Assembly (NCBI GenBank): GCA_964016885.1
Contig: OZ024744.1
Location: forward strand, 39,432,001-39,496,000
Direction: 5' to 3'
Origin: Eledone cirrhosa
Lineage: Eukaryota
DNA: 64,000 nt
The notes beneath the pieces were generated by a model, which did not search any database, was not told where the DNA came from, and saw only the letters and a program-made list of their open reading frames with translations. Of the stretch, positions 1 to 13,318 are shown piece by piece. Position numbers and translations under genes: made by a program. How positions within the stretch are numbered: the first letter of the stretch is position 1; the number at the start of each line of letters is the position of its first letter.

Positions 1-131
1 GTATATATATATGTATATGTATATATATGTATATATATATGTATATGTATATATATATGTATATGTATATATATATGTATATGTATATATATATGTATAT
101 GTATATATATATGTATATGTATATATATATG

Positions 132-194
<63 letters not shown>

Positions 195-378
195 GTATAT
201 ATATATGTATATGTATATGTATATATATATATGTATATGTATATATATATATATGTATATGTATATATATATGTATATATGTATATGTATATGTATATAT
301 ATATGTCTATATATATGTATATATATATGTATATATATATGTATATATATATATGTATATATATATGTATATATATAT
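1..378. repeat. (TA)n microsatellite with interspersed G (TATGTA variants)
   Basis: Directly visible; it generates the spurious YI/YM/YV ORFs. Confidence 0.98.
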
Positions 379-3300
379 GCCTATACTATCGCTTGCCCGG
401 TTGCCTTTCGATATATGATGGATGGACGGACTGCGGAATCCTGGAGAGTGGAAGGGAGAGAAAAATCTGGACGCTCAGCGAAAATGCCAAAGTTAAAGAC
501 AAATTCACCTCGTGGACGAGAATGCGAGCACTCCTCTTTGTTTCGACCGCGGACGGCTAACATAACCCCATCTCCCCCCGACCCCCACCGCCCCCACCCT
601 CCAAACGCAATCCAAAACTTCAGAGTTGGTACCATGAATGTAGGCACCCTAAAGGGTTGCGCTAACGAGGTTGTAGAAATGCTTGAACGTAAGGAGGTCG
701 ATGTTTGTTGTATTCAAGAGACCAGGTGGAGGGGTGGGTCTGCTAGATTCATTGAGGGTAAAAAACGATGTTATAAGCTTTTCTGGTTGGGAAACGACGA
801 TGGGCTGGGTGGAGTAGGAATCGTGGTAGCAGAAAAGTCGGCAGACAAGATAATAGACGTAAATAGAGTGAACGACAGAATAATTAAAATAAGACTTGTC
901 CTCAGTAGAACGACGGTGACAGTAATATCTGCGTACGCACCCCAATCCGGACTGCCCGGCACTATAAAAGACAGATTCTATGAGACACTGATGCTCACTA
1001 CCTCCCAAATATCCGACAGTGACTATATAATTATTGCAGGCGACCTGAATGGTCACGTTGGATAACATTGTGACGGCTACGACGAAATCCATGGAGGCTA
1101 TGGGTCTGGTACTAGAAATGAGGAAGGCTCCAGAACCCTGGAATTCTGTGATGCAAATAACCTAACTATCTGTAACACTAACTTCAAAATACGTGACAAT
1201 CACCTGATCACCTATAGATCCGGGGAACACACAAGCCAGGTAGATTATATCCTTACCAGAAGACGTGACAGAGTGTCTGTTGTAAACACTAAATCCCTCC
1301 CCCATGAAGAATGCACCTCCCAACATAGACTGATAATTAGCGACCTCATAGTCAGGACGAGACGTACTCGACAGCAGAAGAGGACTATCCTCAGGAGAAA
1401 AATATGGAAGCTAAAGGACCCCACAGCCAGAAATAAATTTAAAAGCATATTACTTGATGCTTTCGACAGTAAGGAAGAGCATTTAGAGTCGGACAATATA
1501 GAGGGACAGTGGGAATTTCTGAAAGCAAACCTGCTGAAGGCGACAGACGAAGTCTGTGGCTGAAGCAGGCCTGTAGGTAGGAGGAGAGTAACATGGTGGT
1601 GGAACAGTAAGGTGGAGGGGTCAATTAAGGCCAAAAAGCAGGCTTGGAAAGTATGGCGGGATGGGGGAAGTAGAGAAGACTATCAAGTGGCCAGGAGGGA
1701 AGCTAGGAGACAAGTGTACTTAGCAAGAAGGGAAGCAGAGGAAAGAAAGTTCAAGCATGTTCTACAACGCGAGGACCAAAAACGTGAGGTGTTCAGGATT
1801 GCTAGGCAATGCGTCAAGGAAAACCGTGATATTGTCGGGGAGAAGTGTGTACTTAATGATGACGGCGTACTTGCTATCACCGACGCTGATAAGAAGGTCA
1901 CTTGGAAGTGTCACTATGAAAGGCTACTAAATGAGGAGAATAAATGGGAGAAAGACAGTCTCCCCCACATCGACCCAATAGAGGGACCAGCGGTGTTAGT
2001 CGAGGGGAGTATAATAAGTAAGGCAATCAAGGATATGAAGACGGGTAAGGCGGCTGGTCACGGAAAAAGTAATAGCACAACTAATCAGAGAGAGAATTGA
2101 CCTAGATGAAATGCAGTTTGGGTTTGTGTCAGGCAAAAGTACCACAGACGCTCTTTTCATTGTACGACAACTACAGGAGAAGTACCTAGCTAAAGGTAAA
2201 CCCCTCTACTTAGCTTTTGTCGACTTGGAGAAAGCCTTCGACAGAGTCCCCAGTTCCATTATCTGGTGGGCTCTTAGAAAACTAGGCGTTGACGAATGGC
2301 TTGTGGGAGCTATACAAGCCATGTATAAAGAAACAGTCAGCAAGGTTAGAATTAACAACAAATATAGTGAAGAGTTTAACGTAAAAGTTGGCGTCCATCA
2401 GGGCTCTGTTTTCAGCCCCCTACTATTTATTATTGCCCTTCAGGCTATAACAGAGGAGTTCAAGACCGGCTGCCCATGGGAACTCCTATACGCAGACGAC
2501 CTGACACTCATAGCTGAATCAATGGCCGAGCTAGAGAAGAAATTCCAAACATGGAAGCACGGCCTAGAATCAAAAGGACTTAAAATTAACCTGGCTAAGA
2601 CTAAAGTTCTAGTTTGTAGGAAAGAAAATAAGGCGGCGGTCCCTTCTGGGAAATGGTCATGCTCAGTGTGTAGGAAAGGCGTAGGTAGAAACTCCATTTT
2701 ATGTCCTAAATGCAAAGTATGGGTGCATAAAAGATGTAGTGGGATCACAGGTAAGCTAACTAAGAACATAGATTTTACATGTGGCCGGTGTTCTGGGGCA
2801 ATAAGTAGCAGCAAGTGCCCACAAAATACTAGCTCTTTCAATTGCGCAGAGGGTTCTATAGAAATAGTGGACAGCTTCCGTTACCTGGGCGATAAAATCA
2901 GCAGTGGGGGAGGGTGCTCTGAAAGTACAGTAGCTAGAGTCAGAACTGGTTGGAAAAAGTTCAGAGAGGTTATACCACTATTAGCTGCTAAAGGGTTCTC
3001 CCTAAAAATGAAAGGCAGGTTGTACGATGCCTGCATACGAACAGCAATGTTGCATGGCAGTGAGACCTGGGCATTGTGTGCAGAGGATATACGCAGACTA
3101 GAGAGGAACGAAGCTTGCATGCTCCGCTGGATGTGTAACAGTAATATACGTGAACGGCAAAACATAAACGAACTAAGGACAAAATTAGAAATAAGAGGGA
3201 TCAGATGTTGTTTACTCGAGAGAAGGCTACGTTGGTATGGACACGTGATGCGCATGAAAGTCGATAGCTGTATAACAAAGTGCAGGGCAATAAAGATAGA

Positions 3301-3835
3301 CGGTAGCCATGGAATAGGCAGACCTAGAAAAACCTGGGACGAGCTGATAAACTCCGACCTCACACACTTACACCTCTCCAAGACAATGTCACTGGACCGA
3401 GACCTTTGGCGGTACTCAGTAACAGAGAAGACCCGCCTTACCTAAATACATAGTAAAACCTACAGCCAGTAGGCATCTCTAACAAAATACACCCCGTCCC
3501 ACCACCACCACCCCCACCCCATCCACACAACCCCGTTCTATGTAAAGTTATGTTGGTGCCGCGCCATCCAGGCCGAAACAAATGAGATCGTGTAGGTGTC
3601 ACGACAAAAAAACACACAGTCCACGCTGTAATGTGGCCGTGTAGGCAACACGGTAAAAACCTCCCAGACCCACACTGTAAATGTGGTTGGTGTTAGGAAG
3701 GGCATCCAACTGTAGAAAACCTGCCAGACAGTCCTATGCGAGCAAGACAATCACTCTTGCCTCAAGTGGGATTACCCCCGTCCAAACCCATGCAAGCGTG
3801 GAACACGGACGTTAAATGATGATGATGATGATGAT
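379..3835 (+). mobile_element. RTE-clade non-LTR retrotransposon, near full length, with (GAT)n tail, inserted in (TA)n
   Basis: APE endonuclease motifs ([37 protein letters not shown]) and RT motifs (QFGF, DLEKAFDRV, VHQGS, YADD, RLRWYGHV, GRPRKTW). The 3' UTR ends GACGTTAAAT(GAT)n; TA repeat on both sides. Confidence 0.93.
415..3445 (+). pseudogene. RTE endonuclease-reverse transcriptase ORF with PHD-like finger, disrupted
   Basis: Stops at 1063-1065 (TAA; CAA in the second copy) and 1561-1563, plus a deletion/frameshift near 2060 that joins GKAAG to VTEKVIAQLIR and removes the start of the RT. The 444-aa C-terminal part (2111-3445) is open. Confidence 0.88.
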
Positions 3836-4697
<862 letters not shown>

Positions 4698-5688
4698 TAC
4701 AAATTTTGTATTTTTGTTAATCGCTTGTTAAATGCAAGGACCCCATTCAATCATTACCTTCTATCTAGCTACCCAACACCCCTCCCTCCCGCCCCCACGC
4801 ATCACCAGTATTATTATTACGCGGACCAATCATAAGCCAGAGGCCTATACTATCGCTTGCCTGGTTGCCTTTCGATATATGATGGATGGATGGACTGCGG
4901 AATCCTGGAGAGTGGAGGAGAGAGAGAAAAATCTGGACGCTCAGCGACAATGCCAAAGATAAAGATAAAGACAAATTCACCTCGTGGACGAGAATGCGAG
5001 CACTCCTCAATGTTTCGACCGCGGTCGGCTAACATAACCCCATCGCCCCCCGCCGCCCCCAACCCCCAAACGCAATCCAAAACTTCAGAGTTGGTACCAT
5101 AAATGTAGGCACCCTAAAGGGTCGCGCTAACGAGGTTGTAGAAATGCTTGAACGTAAGGAGGTCGATGTTTGTTGTATTCAAGAGACCAGGTGGAGGGGT
5201 GGGTCTGCTAGATTCATTAAGGGTAAAAAACGATGTTATAAGCTTTTGTGGGTGGGAAACGACGATGGGCTGGGTGGAGTAGGAATCATGGTAGCAGAAA
5301 AGTGGGCAGATAAGATAATAGACGTAAATAGAGTGAACGACAGAATAATTAAAATACGACTTGTCCTCAATAGAACTACGGTGACAGTAATATCTGCGTA
5401 CGCACCCCAATCCGGACTGCCCGGCACTATAAAAGACAGATTCTATGAGACACTGATGCTAACTACCTCCCAAATATCCGACAGTGACTATATAATTATT
5501 GCAGGCGACCTAAATGGTCACGTTGGACAACATTGTGACGGCTACGACGAAATCCATGGAGGCTATGGGTTTGGTACTAGAAATGAGGAAGGCTCCAGAA
5601 TCCTGGAATTCTGTGATGCAAATAACCTAACTATCTGTAACACTAACTTCAAAAAACGTGACAATCACCTGATCACCTATAGATCCGG
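4698..5688 (+). mobile_element. Second copy of the RTE element, 5' part only (5' UTR plus endonuclease)
   Basis: 4844-5688 closely matches 379-1222 (ORF 5144-5710). It has ~145 extra bp at the 5' side directly after (TA)n and is truncated at ATCCGG. Confidence 0.88.
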
Positions 5689-6238
5689 CTTCGCCCGGGA
5701 GGACAGTTAAAAGACGGATAAAAGAGAAAATGACTGTATTGAATGTGTTGTCTGGTATGAGGTGAGACTGTAATATGTGTGTGAGGGAGAGACATAAAAA
5801 AACTATCATAAAACTTCCTTATTAGGCTGGGGGAGTAAACTGCCGATTAAATGATAGCATTGGCCTTGGATTTTAAATGCTTTGAAATAATCATAGTCAG
5901 TATGATCTTTTTCAACTATAAAAGACGTCATCTGAAACACAGCAGTATACTGCATAACATTGCTTCTGAAGTGTTGCTTCGTTAGTACGGTCTGTAAATA
6001 ATATATGGATAAAAGCTGGAGAGTAAATTAATTTCAAATAGAATCAATTTTTCTTTGTTCTGTAAAATCAAAGACTGTAAAACGACTGTATAAAAGCTAA
6101 TGCAATATTGTTAGACCTTCAACTGATACTTTTGTGGGACGCCACTCTCTCTCTCTAAATATCTAACACTTTGATAGTATCTCTCTCTCTGTCATCTCTT
6201 TCTGCCTCTCCCTCTGTGTCTCTTTAGGTGTGTGTGTG

Positions 6239-6302
<64 letters not shown>

Positions 6303-6344
6303 TTTTAACTGTCCTCCCGGGTGAAGCCGGATACCTCAGCTAGT
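5683..6344. mobile_element. Non-autonomous element with 38-bp inverted repeats (Helitron-like or MITE-like)
   Basis: 5683-5720 ATCCGGCTTCGCCCGGGAGGACAGTTAAAAGACGGATA is the reverse complement (1 mismatch) of 6295-6332. The right end continues ACCTCAGCTAGT, a GC hairpin followed by CTAG as at Helitron-type ends. Confidence 0.6.
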
Positions 6345-6347
6345 ATA

Positions 6348-6401
<54 letters not shown>

Positions 6402-6584
6402 AAATAGTGAAATAGAGTTACCGCCGTATTTTTCACTAAGCAAATTAACCTAATAGTTGGAATTATAAAAAAAAGAAAAACAGATTGGAAAATGGATGAG
6501 CATTGACGTACATGGGACACGAACCCACATCTTTAGCTATCGTGACCTCTGTGCTAACCATTACAATAGAGAAAACGTGAAAAA

Positions 6585-6682
6585 AAGTGTCTTGCTTAAG
6601 GCTACAATGCGCCACTTCGTCCGGAAATCGAACTCGCGACCTTATGACCTAACTAACCACTAGTAAGCCACCCGCCTTCACT
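6585..6682 (-). mobile_element. tRNA-derived SINE fragment (related pieces near 8560-8700 and 9050-9230)
   Basis: The minus strand has a B-box-like GGTCGCGAGTTCGATT followed by CTTAAGCAAGACACTT. Confidence 0.55.
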
Positions 6683-6961
6683 TCGGTCTTTGTAAGAAAC
6701 GTTGAAAACAGGAGTGCTCTTGCGGCATCCTTTTCTTTTCTTAGCATGTCAACGTTCTGGATGTACATAAAAGTATATATTTATTAACAAACACAGTACA
6801 TACAGTACATATAAAAGGAGTGTTATTGTATTTCTAATGTGTTTTTTTACATTATCCAGCAAATGTACTAACAAAATATAATAAAGTCTGTTTTAAGGAA
6901 GAAGAACAATTGAAAATCCGGCTATTATGAAAACTGACGAATAAACCATTCACATTTGGAA

Positions 6962-7262
6962 TAATAATTGTTTCTACTTTTGGCACAAGGCCAACAATTA
7001 CCCAGTACATTACTGGCACTTTATTTTATCGACCCGTAAGTATGAAAGGCAAAGTTAACCTCGGCGGGATTTGAACTCAGAGCGCAAAGGACCATAACTC
7101 TACGCTGCAAAGCATGGTGTCTGACAATCTTCCGATACTGCCAATTTTGGTACAAGACCAGCAATTTAAAGAGATGTGGGAAGTCGATTAAATCGACCTC
7201 AGTACGTTACTGGTACTTATTTTATCGATGCCGTAAAGATGAAAAGCAAAGCTAACCTCGTA
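6962..7262 (-). mobile_element. Two tandem octopus-type SINE copies
   Basis: Shared core TACTGGTACTTTATTTTATCGAC...GATGAAAGGCAAAGTTAACCTCGGCGGGATTTGAACTC, recurring across the window. Confidence 0.8.
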
Positions 7263-7403
7263 AAATGTTGCTACTACTTGGAATAAAACAATAATTTCGT
7301 ATATTTGTCACAACGACGTTGAATAAGAATAACCTTTTTATTGGCCACGAGGGAAAATACTTCAGAGCTTATCGAATTAAGCCTCGAAGTAGTCGCTTGA
7401 GCT

Positions 7404-7572
7404 CAGTGCCTGATTTAGAACTAATGAGGCCCTGTGCTAGTTGCGTTATGAGGTACCTTACTTGAGACCTGAAAGAGATAGGCTCACTAGGCCTACACAG
7501 GAGGATGGGTCCCGCTGGCCAACGGGACCCTGTGCTTAAGCACGCCTAAGCACAATGATTAATCTGGCATTA
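7404..7572. mobile_element. hAT-type MITE (169 bp)
   Basis: Imperfect TIR CAGTGCCTGATTTA...TTAATCTGGCATTA; 8-bp TSD CTTGAGCT (7396-7403) / CTTGGGCT (7573-7580). Confidence 0.6.
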
Positions 7573-7990
7573 CTTGGGCTGTAAGAAGTAGCAGCCAAGG
7601 TTTCCTCAAATCCAATCCTTGTCGTCTTAACCCTTTTATTTCACCATAGGCAGAAAACAATGCGAACGATCCGACAAGTTTCTTTTACTCTTGGGTTGAC
7701 GTAAAGTGTGTAAAAATCCGTCGTATGAATGACTACCTATCATAGAAAAGTCGTCCAGCTTTGATACACAGGTTCGGTTTTTTAATTAATCACATTACGG
7801 GTACACGTGTCTGTGAAATACGAGCTGGACAATTGAATGCTCATCGTCGAAACTGACGGATGATCTAACGTCCGCCTCCTCATCGTCATTATCATCATTA
7901 TTATACAAACGAGGATTCAGTTAAACTGATCTGTCTAGTTTGCATAACAGTGGATAGATAAACAGTCTGCTCGTGAAATTAACGTATAGC

Positions 7991-8552
7991 CAGAGGCGTA
8001 TCTAGGGTATGGCAAGCATGGCACGTGCCATGGGGGCCACTTGAAAGGGGGCGACACCTGCACTAGGAGCACTTTCTATTAAAGTCAGATAAGCTATCGT
8101 CAGAGAGTGGAAAAAGAAACTTTTTCAGATGTATGATCTGTCTTTTATGATCATGAGTAAGAAGCACTATGGTGGCTGGATCATTAAACCATTTATATAA
8201 ATTATTAGGTCTATAGGTAAAATACAGTGCTGGGAACTACATGATCACAGAGGTATACCTCATAGTATGACTTGTCAAATATTTTAATAAGGGTTTAATA
8301 TTTGTCAAAGATCAGTATTACACAAATTACTCCATTTAAATACACTAACACTTTTGCCAATACTTTACGTATACTTAAACGTAAAGGATACCTGTAGAAC
8401 AAATGAAAATGCAGTTTAATACCCTAAACCCTCATTTATTTAAACTGCGCTGTCAATCCCTTTGTCTAACAACTACTATATAGCTTGCTGCATGGGCAGG
8501 GGCGCAATTTCAATGTTTGCCATAGGCGCTATTTTCCCTTGTTACACCCCTG
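7991..8552. mobile_element. hAT-type MITE (562 bp)
   Basis: TIR CAGAGGCGTA...TACACCCCTG; 8-bp TSD CGTATAGC (7983-7990) / GGTATAGC (8553-8560). Confidence 0.72.
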
Positions 8553-8785
8553 GGTATAGCCCACCCAACGGGCTTCCAAGCAGTTTCCCTCAACCCAATT
8601 TCACTTACATGGCTTGGGTCGACCCGAGGTTATAGTAAATGGCAATTGTCTAAGATTCCATACAGTGGGAAGGGAACTTCTTAACCATTCGACCATGCTG
8701 CGCCCACAAACCACAAGCATAAAAGATATATTGTGCAGACAACATAAGTTGAATTCATTCATTCATAGGGTACTTACACAGCGGC

Positions 8786-8787
<2 letters not shown>

Positions 8788-8858
<71 letters not shown>
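8788..8858. repeat. (GA)n microsatellite
   Basis: Directly visible. Confidence 0.97.
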
Positions 8859-8864
<6 letters not shown>

Positions 8865-9414
8865 AATGTAAGCTATATTTTCTTTTAATAAACATACAAT
8901 TTTCGTTTTGCGGTGAAAAGTAAACAGTGGATGCACCACTCTTTAGCCGAGTCATTTTTTTTTTTTTTTTAGAGTTATCGTTTAAGGGGTTGGGCGAAAC
9001 CCGGAACTTATCGTGGTTTCATGTCCATTAAGTGACTGAGAGCACGAGATCCTGCCCTGGATATGGTATCAGTCAGTCACATGGCTAATCCCCATGCCAC
9101 TGTTGGTGATCATTCTCAGCTAAGCGAACTGGAGCAATGTGAAAATGAAGTGGTTTGCTCAAACGCTTTGAATCCAACCTACGACCTTATAGTCGTGAAC
9201 CAAGCACAGTAACCATTAAGCCATGCGCCATAATATGTATGTATGGTCATATAACTCTTGGGTGAGTCGTATGAGCCTTCAGCGTTTCTAGGGAATTTTA
9301 AAGCCTGGTGGAGTCCATCTTCTTTCCAGGTCTGAATACAGCAAATTTCTTGCAGTCAAGGATAGAGGGAGTGAGAGAATAAAAGTGAGAAAGAGGTATA
9401 GAGGGAACATTGAT

Positions 9415-9550
9415 ATCAGTACTAGACTGGTACTTTTTTTTATCGACCTCGAATGAATGAAAGGAAAAGTTAACCTCGGCGGTATTTAAACTCAGAGAAC
9501 AGAGCCGAAACGAATACCGTAAGGCATTCTAACCGACGTTCTAACGACTT
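9415..9550 (-). mobile_element. Octopus-type SINE, degenerate
   Basis: Core CTGGTACTTTTTTTTATCGACC...AAAGTTAACCTCGGCGG. Confidence 0.7.
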
Positions 9551-10702
9551 CCACAATTTGTTTGTAGTTACTGATTTCTACGTGGTCAGCAGATTGAGTA
9601 GTCTTCGATGGAGATTTAACAAGATTAGGATAGAAGCTGATCAGAGAGGGGTGTAGGGAATTCCTTTCAAAATTCGAGAGATGAGAGGTTGGTCATATTT
9701 TTTTATTTTTTAGAGGGGATGAAGCATCAGATATTCATTTTGGCTCAGCGACCCTGGACCTATGTGTACAGCTGAAGCCCACTCTCTCCTACCCCTTATA
9801 GATCCTGGTCAGATCGATCATATTTTTTCTGCTCACGAAGAAACACTACTTTTTACATTTCATAGTGAGACAATAATTTTACGCAATTACCTCATAGTAG
9901 AGTCATTTAAAGATTCAAAGCATTAAAATACACACATACACAAACTGTTAATTTCAGTTTATATTTGTCACTTGGTGTCACACGTTTTGTTGCACAGTTA
10001 TCGACCTGGTCACTGGCACGGTTCTATTGAAAATACTGACATCAACAAATAAATGATAAATGTTTTGTGCGTGCGTGTTTATGGCTAAAATGTCTCTTCT
10101 ACAATGCTTTAGCTTCAACACACGGTTTCAGATCAAGTCTCTTGCCAGGTACAACTTGCCAGGTACAACTTGCCAAGTACAACTTCGAAAAAAAAGATAT
10201 ACCTTACATTGAAGAGACAATATAATCGATTAGTTTAATCATAAGATCTCGAATTCTGTTTTACAGCCGTGTGAGTAGACGGGGACTGTTATAAAGTCCG
10301 TCCGATGGACTGTACCTTTAATTCAAAGGGGCTAACCTAATCACACACTATGGCACGGTGAATCTCCCTGAGAATTACATTAAGGTTACACGAGTCTGTA
10401 GAATTGTTAGCCACTTACACTATAATTACAAAGTGGACTGTATCTATAGTTCAAAGGACCAACATTGTCACACTGATTCTTCTTAAGAATTACGTTAAAA
10501 TTGTTTTTTTAAATGTCAGCAGAATACTCAACCACTTGAACGTTGGTTTCACGAGCAGGCTGTTCCTTTCATCAAACGATTGAAACATTCATCGTCGCAA
10601 CCAACGGAGGCCCATTTACATTTCAGACTATTCTGTTAATTAACCTCAATCTCAATAATTCGTGAAATTTATGTAAATATTATGTACAAAAACCACAACA
10701 AT

Positions 10703-10925
10703 GATAATTTCTAAATTAGGGAAAAGGCCAGCATTTGGGGGGAGGGGAAAGTCGACTATATCGACCTCAATAGCGGACTGGTACTTTATTTTATCGATCC
10801 CGGAACGATGAAAACAAAAGTTGTCCTCTCTGATCAGCTTCTATCCTAATCTTGTTAAAAAAAAATTTCTAAGCAAACAAACAAGAAATACCGCAAAGAA
10901 CTTGTCAGACGCTTTACCGATTCTG
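10703..10925 (-). mobile_element. Octopus-type SINE, degenerate, interrupted at 10825-10859
   Basis: Core GGTACTTTATTTTATCGATCCCGGAACGATGAAA. Confidence 0.65.
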
Positions 10926-11156
10926 ATAGTAATTTGAATGATAAAAATGTCAACTTGCTAGAAATAACAGTCAAATCTAACTCAATTTACACTCTATACT
11001 GAGTAATGTAATCACGTTTGAAAGAAGAAGAAAATACCGACAGGTGCCGGTCATAGCTTCACACCTTTTCATCATAGTTAGATAGGTGTATGTCGATTAG
11101 ATCAGAACGGAAATAAAATAACAACAGTATACGCTTGATTAGTACATTTATATATC

Positions 11157-11193
<37 letters not shown>

Positions 11194-11783
11194 ACTCCAG
11201 AAATTACAAAGTTGTCTTTAAGAAAATAACACTTTAAGAAATTGATGTTCATGCCGTCGAAAGCAAATAATAATTATTATTATTATTATTATTATACACT
11301 GGGTAATTGCTGGCCTTGTGCCTAACGTAGAAACAATTATTTTTATTATTTCTTTTTTATATATAATAATAATAACAACAACAACATAATCACGAAAGAA
11401 AATAATAACAAGGAAAATAATGAAATCAGTATTAAAACCAAACAAAACAAAGATTAGTCGTTAATCATTGTCAAAATATAGGCAATTCATATAATAACAA
11501 TACTTCAGATAACTACTTCCTTTCGTTTATAAATACTAACTTTCCAGTTACAAAACTTTAGTGAAGTTTCCAAACCCTTTTCTCCTCTCTTCTATTATAA
11601 TTCCAATCATATCTAGGAAATATAATAAAATCGACCGCACTACAGACATTTAATAGCAAAAAGAATACGTCCGATCGATTGAATCAAATCAATGAGTGGT
11701 GCTTACTATTATCGAGTCCAGAATGTTAAAAGAAAAGTCGTGTAAAACAAGATTTGAACGTTGTTAAATTATATATAATTTAT

Positions 11784-11840
<57 letters not shown>

Positions 11841-12307
11841 AAACATCGGTGGTTCATGGGGCAAAACTGAAGACCGACAGGTGAAAAAAAACATATACAT
11901 AATAAATACGAGCGGTACGAAAAGAACATTTTATATTTTCTGTTGTGAGAACATTCTCAAAAGTACAAAAGTCAAATAAATATGTGCCTTTCACCCATTT
12001 AAATAATATTTTACACATTTCAGAATCAGTTTAACATGTGCGACGAAACAAATGAAAAAAATAACGTCGAATATATGTTAACAAGTGGTAGCCACCTTAA
12101 TGAATAAACAATTCAATACAGATACATATATATACATAAACATATATATACATAAACATATATACATATACAGAGATGTAAGCATATTAAAACACGTACA
12201 CGCTTGAGGCTAGGATGTAAATCAATATTGTTTATTTAAAAACAAACAAACAAGGAAATATATATAATAAAGTTGCAAAAGTAAACTTAATGGAAATTAA
12301 AACTCAC

Positions 12308-12394
12308 CTTAAGTTTTGACTTTTGTGTAAGACCAGACTGTTTATCTGCCAGAACTGTGAATGCATGCCAAACCGCTTTTTCTAGTTCTTCCAT
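12308..12394 (-). CDS. SWAP70: First coding exon of a SWAP70/DEF6-family gene (N-terminal EF-hand-like region); the gene continues leftward
   Basis: ATG at 12394 translates MEELEKAVWHAFTVLADKQSGLTQKSKLK, followed by the canonical donor AAG|GTGAGT. It resembles the vertebrate SWAP70/DEF6 N-terminus as I recall it (KEELLKAIWHAFTALD..SGKVSKSQLK). No downstream exon was recognised in the window. Confidence 0.85.
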
Positions 12395-12800
12395 CTTTTT
12401 AAGTTCTTGCAATTCACTAACACACACACTCACACATTTATTATATATATTTATATAACCTATATATATGTGTGTTTACATACATATGTGTGTTCGATTC
12501 GATGGGATGGGATCGGAAGGGGTCGAAAAAAAATCAAAACTTTGGTTGTGAGAGAAAAAACACTTTACGACTGATTTTATACTTGAATGTTGGCAGTATT
12601 ATTGAACTGAGAAGAGCAAGTGGGCGGAAATAGTCAAGTGTGTACGTATATGTACGCTTCTGTGCCCGTTAATTTGTTTCTTTGTTTGTCAACGTATGTA
12701 TGTATATGTATATATGTGTAAGAGCAACTGTTTTGTTTGGTATTTTAGAGAGAGTGAATACTACATCAGTCAGTTTACAAACTAACCTAACTTTGACGTT
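12395..12800 (-). promoter_or_regulatory. Putative 5' UTR/promoter region of the SWAP70/DEF6-like gene
   Basis: Non-transposon sequence immediately upstream of the ATG, with a GGGCGGAAAT (GC-box/ETS/E2F-like) motif near 12622-12631. Positional inference only. Confidence 0.3.
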
Positions 12801-13275
12801 TTGTTAGCATTTTTTAGTTTTGTTTTGTTTTGTTTTGTTTTGTTTTGTTTCGTTATCTTTTTATTTTTTACTTTTTGTTTTGCTACCCTTATTTTATTAT
12901 TTATTATTGATATTTGTTTCCACTTTTTTTTTTATTATTTACATAAACTCGTACAAACAATCAAACACGCATATGTTCATACGTTATATGTGTGTGTGAG
13001 TGTTATACACATATTATCTCCCTCTCTCTCTCTCTGCTCTGTATGTATATTATATATATATATATTTATATATATTTCGTTTCTGAATTTGTTTAGCAAG
13101 ATTCTTTATCTGAAAACGTGTGTTGAAACCGATATTGTTATACTTTGGGAGGGTCATGTTGCCAATAAGAAACACATGCATCAGTTGCTTTCACTCCAAT
13201 TTATTATAAATTTAAGAAATTTGTAAATTTCCGGTTGGTTGGCTGGTTCCACAACCGGACGGTTGTTCATATATT

Positions 13276-13318
13276 GTCAAAGTTCTTTCGTCACACATTC
13301 TGTGACCTCTTCAGTGAT
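13276..13318 (-). ncRNA. Second hammerhead motif in the inverted pLTR
   Basis: Reverse complement of 14110-14152 with one change in stem I. Confidence 0.62.

Noticed and set aside
4698-4850. Possible HDV-like ribozyme at the RTE 5' end
   Set aside because: I could not build the nested double pseudoknot by eye; a descriptor-based search would be needed.
10140-10185. Three copies of CTTGCCAGGTACAA
   Set aside because: A small local slippage duplication with no sign of function.
12801-13226. 141-aa Phe-rich ORF upstream of the host exon
   Set aside because: Derived from T-rich simple repeats and the inverted pLTR, with a non-ATG start and no recognisable motif.
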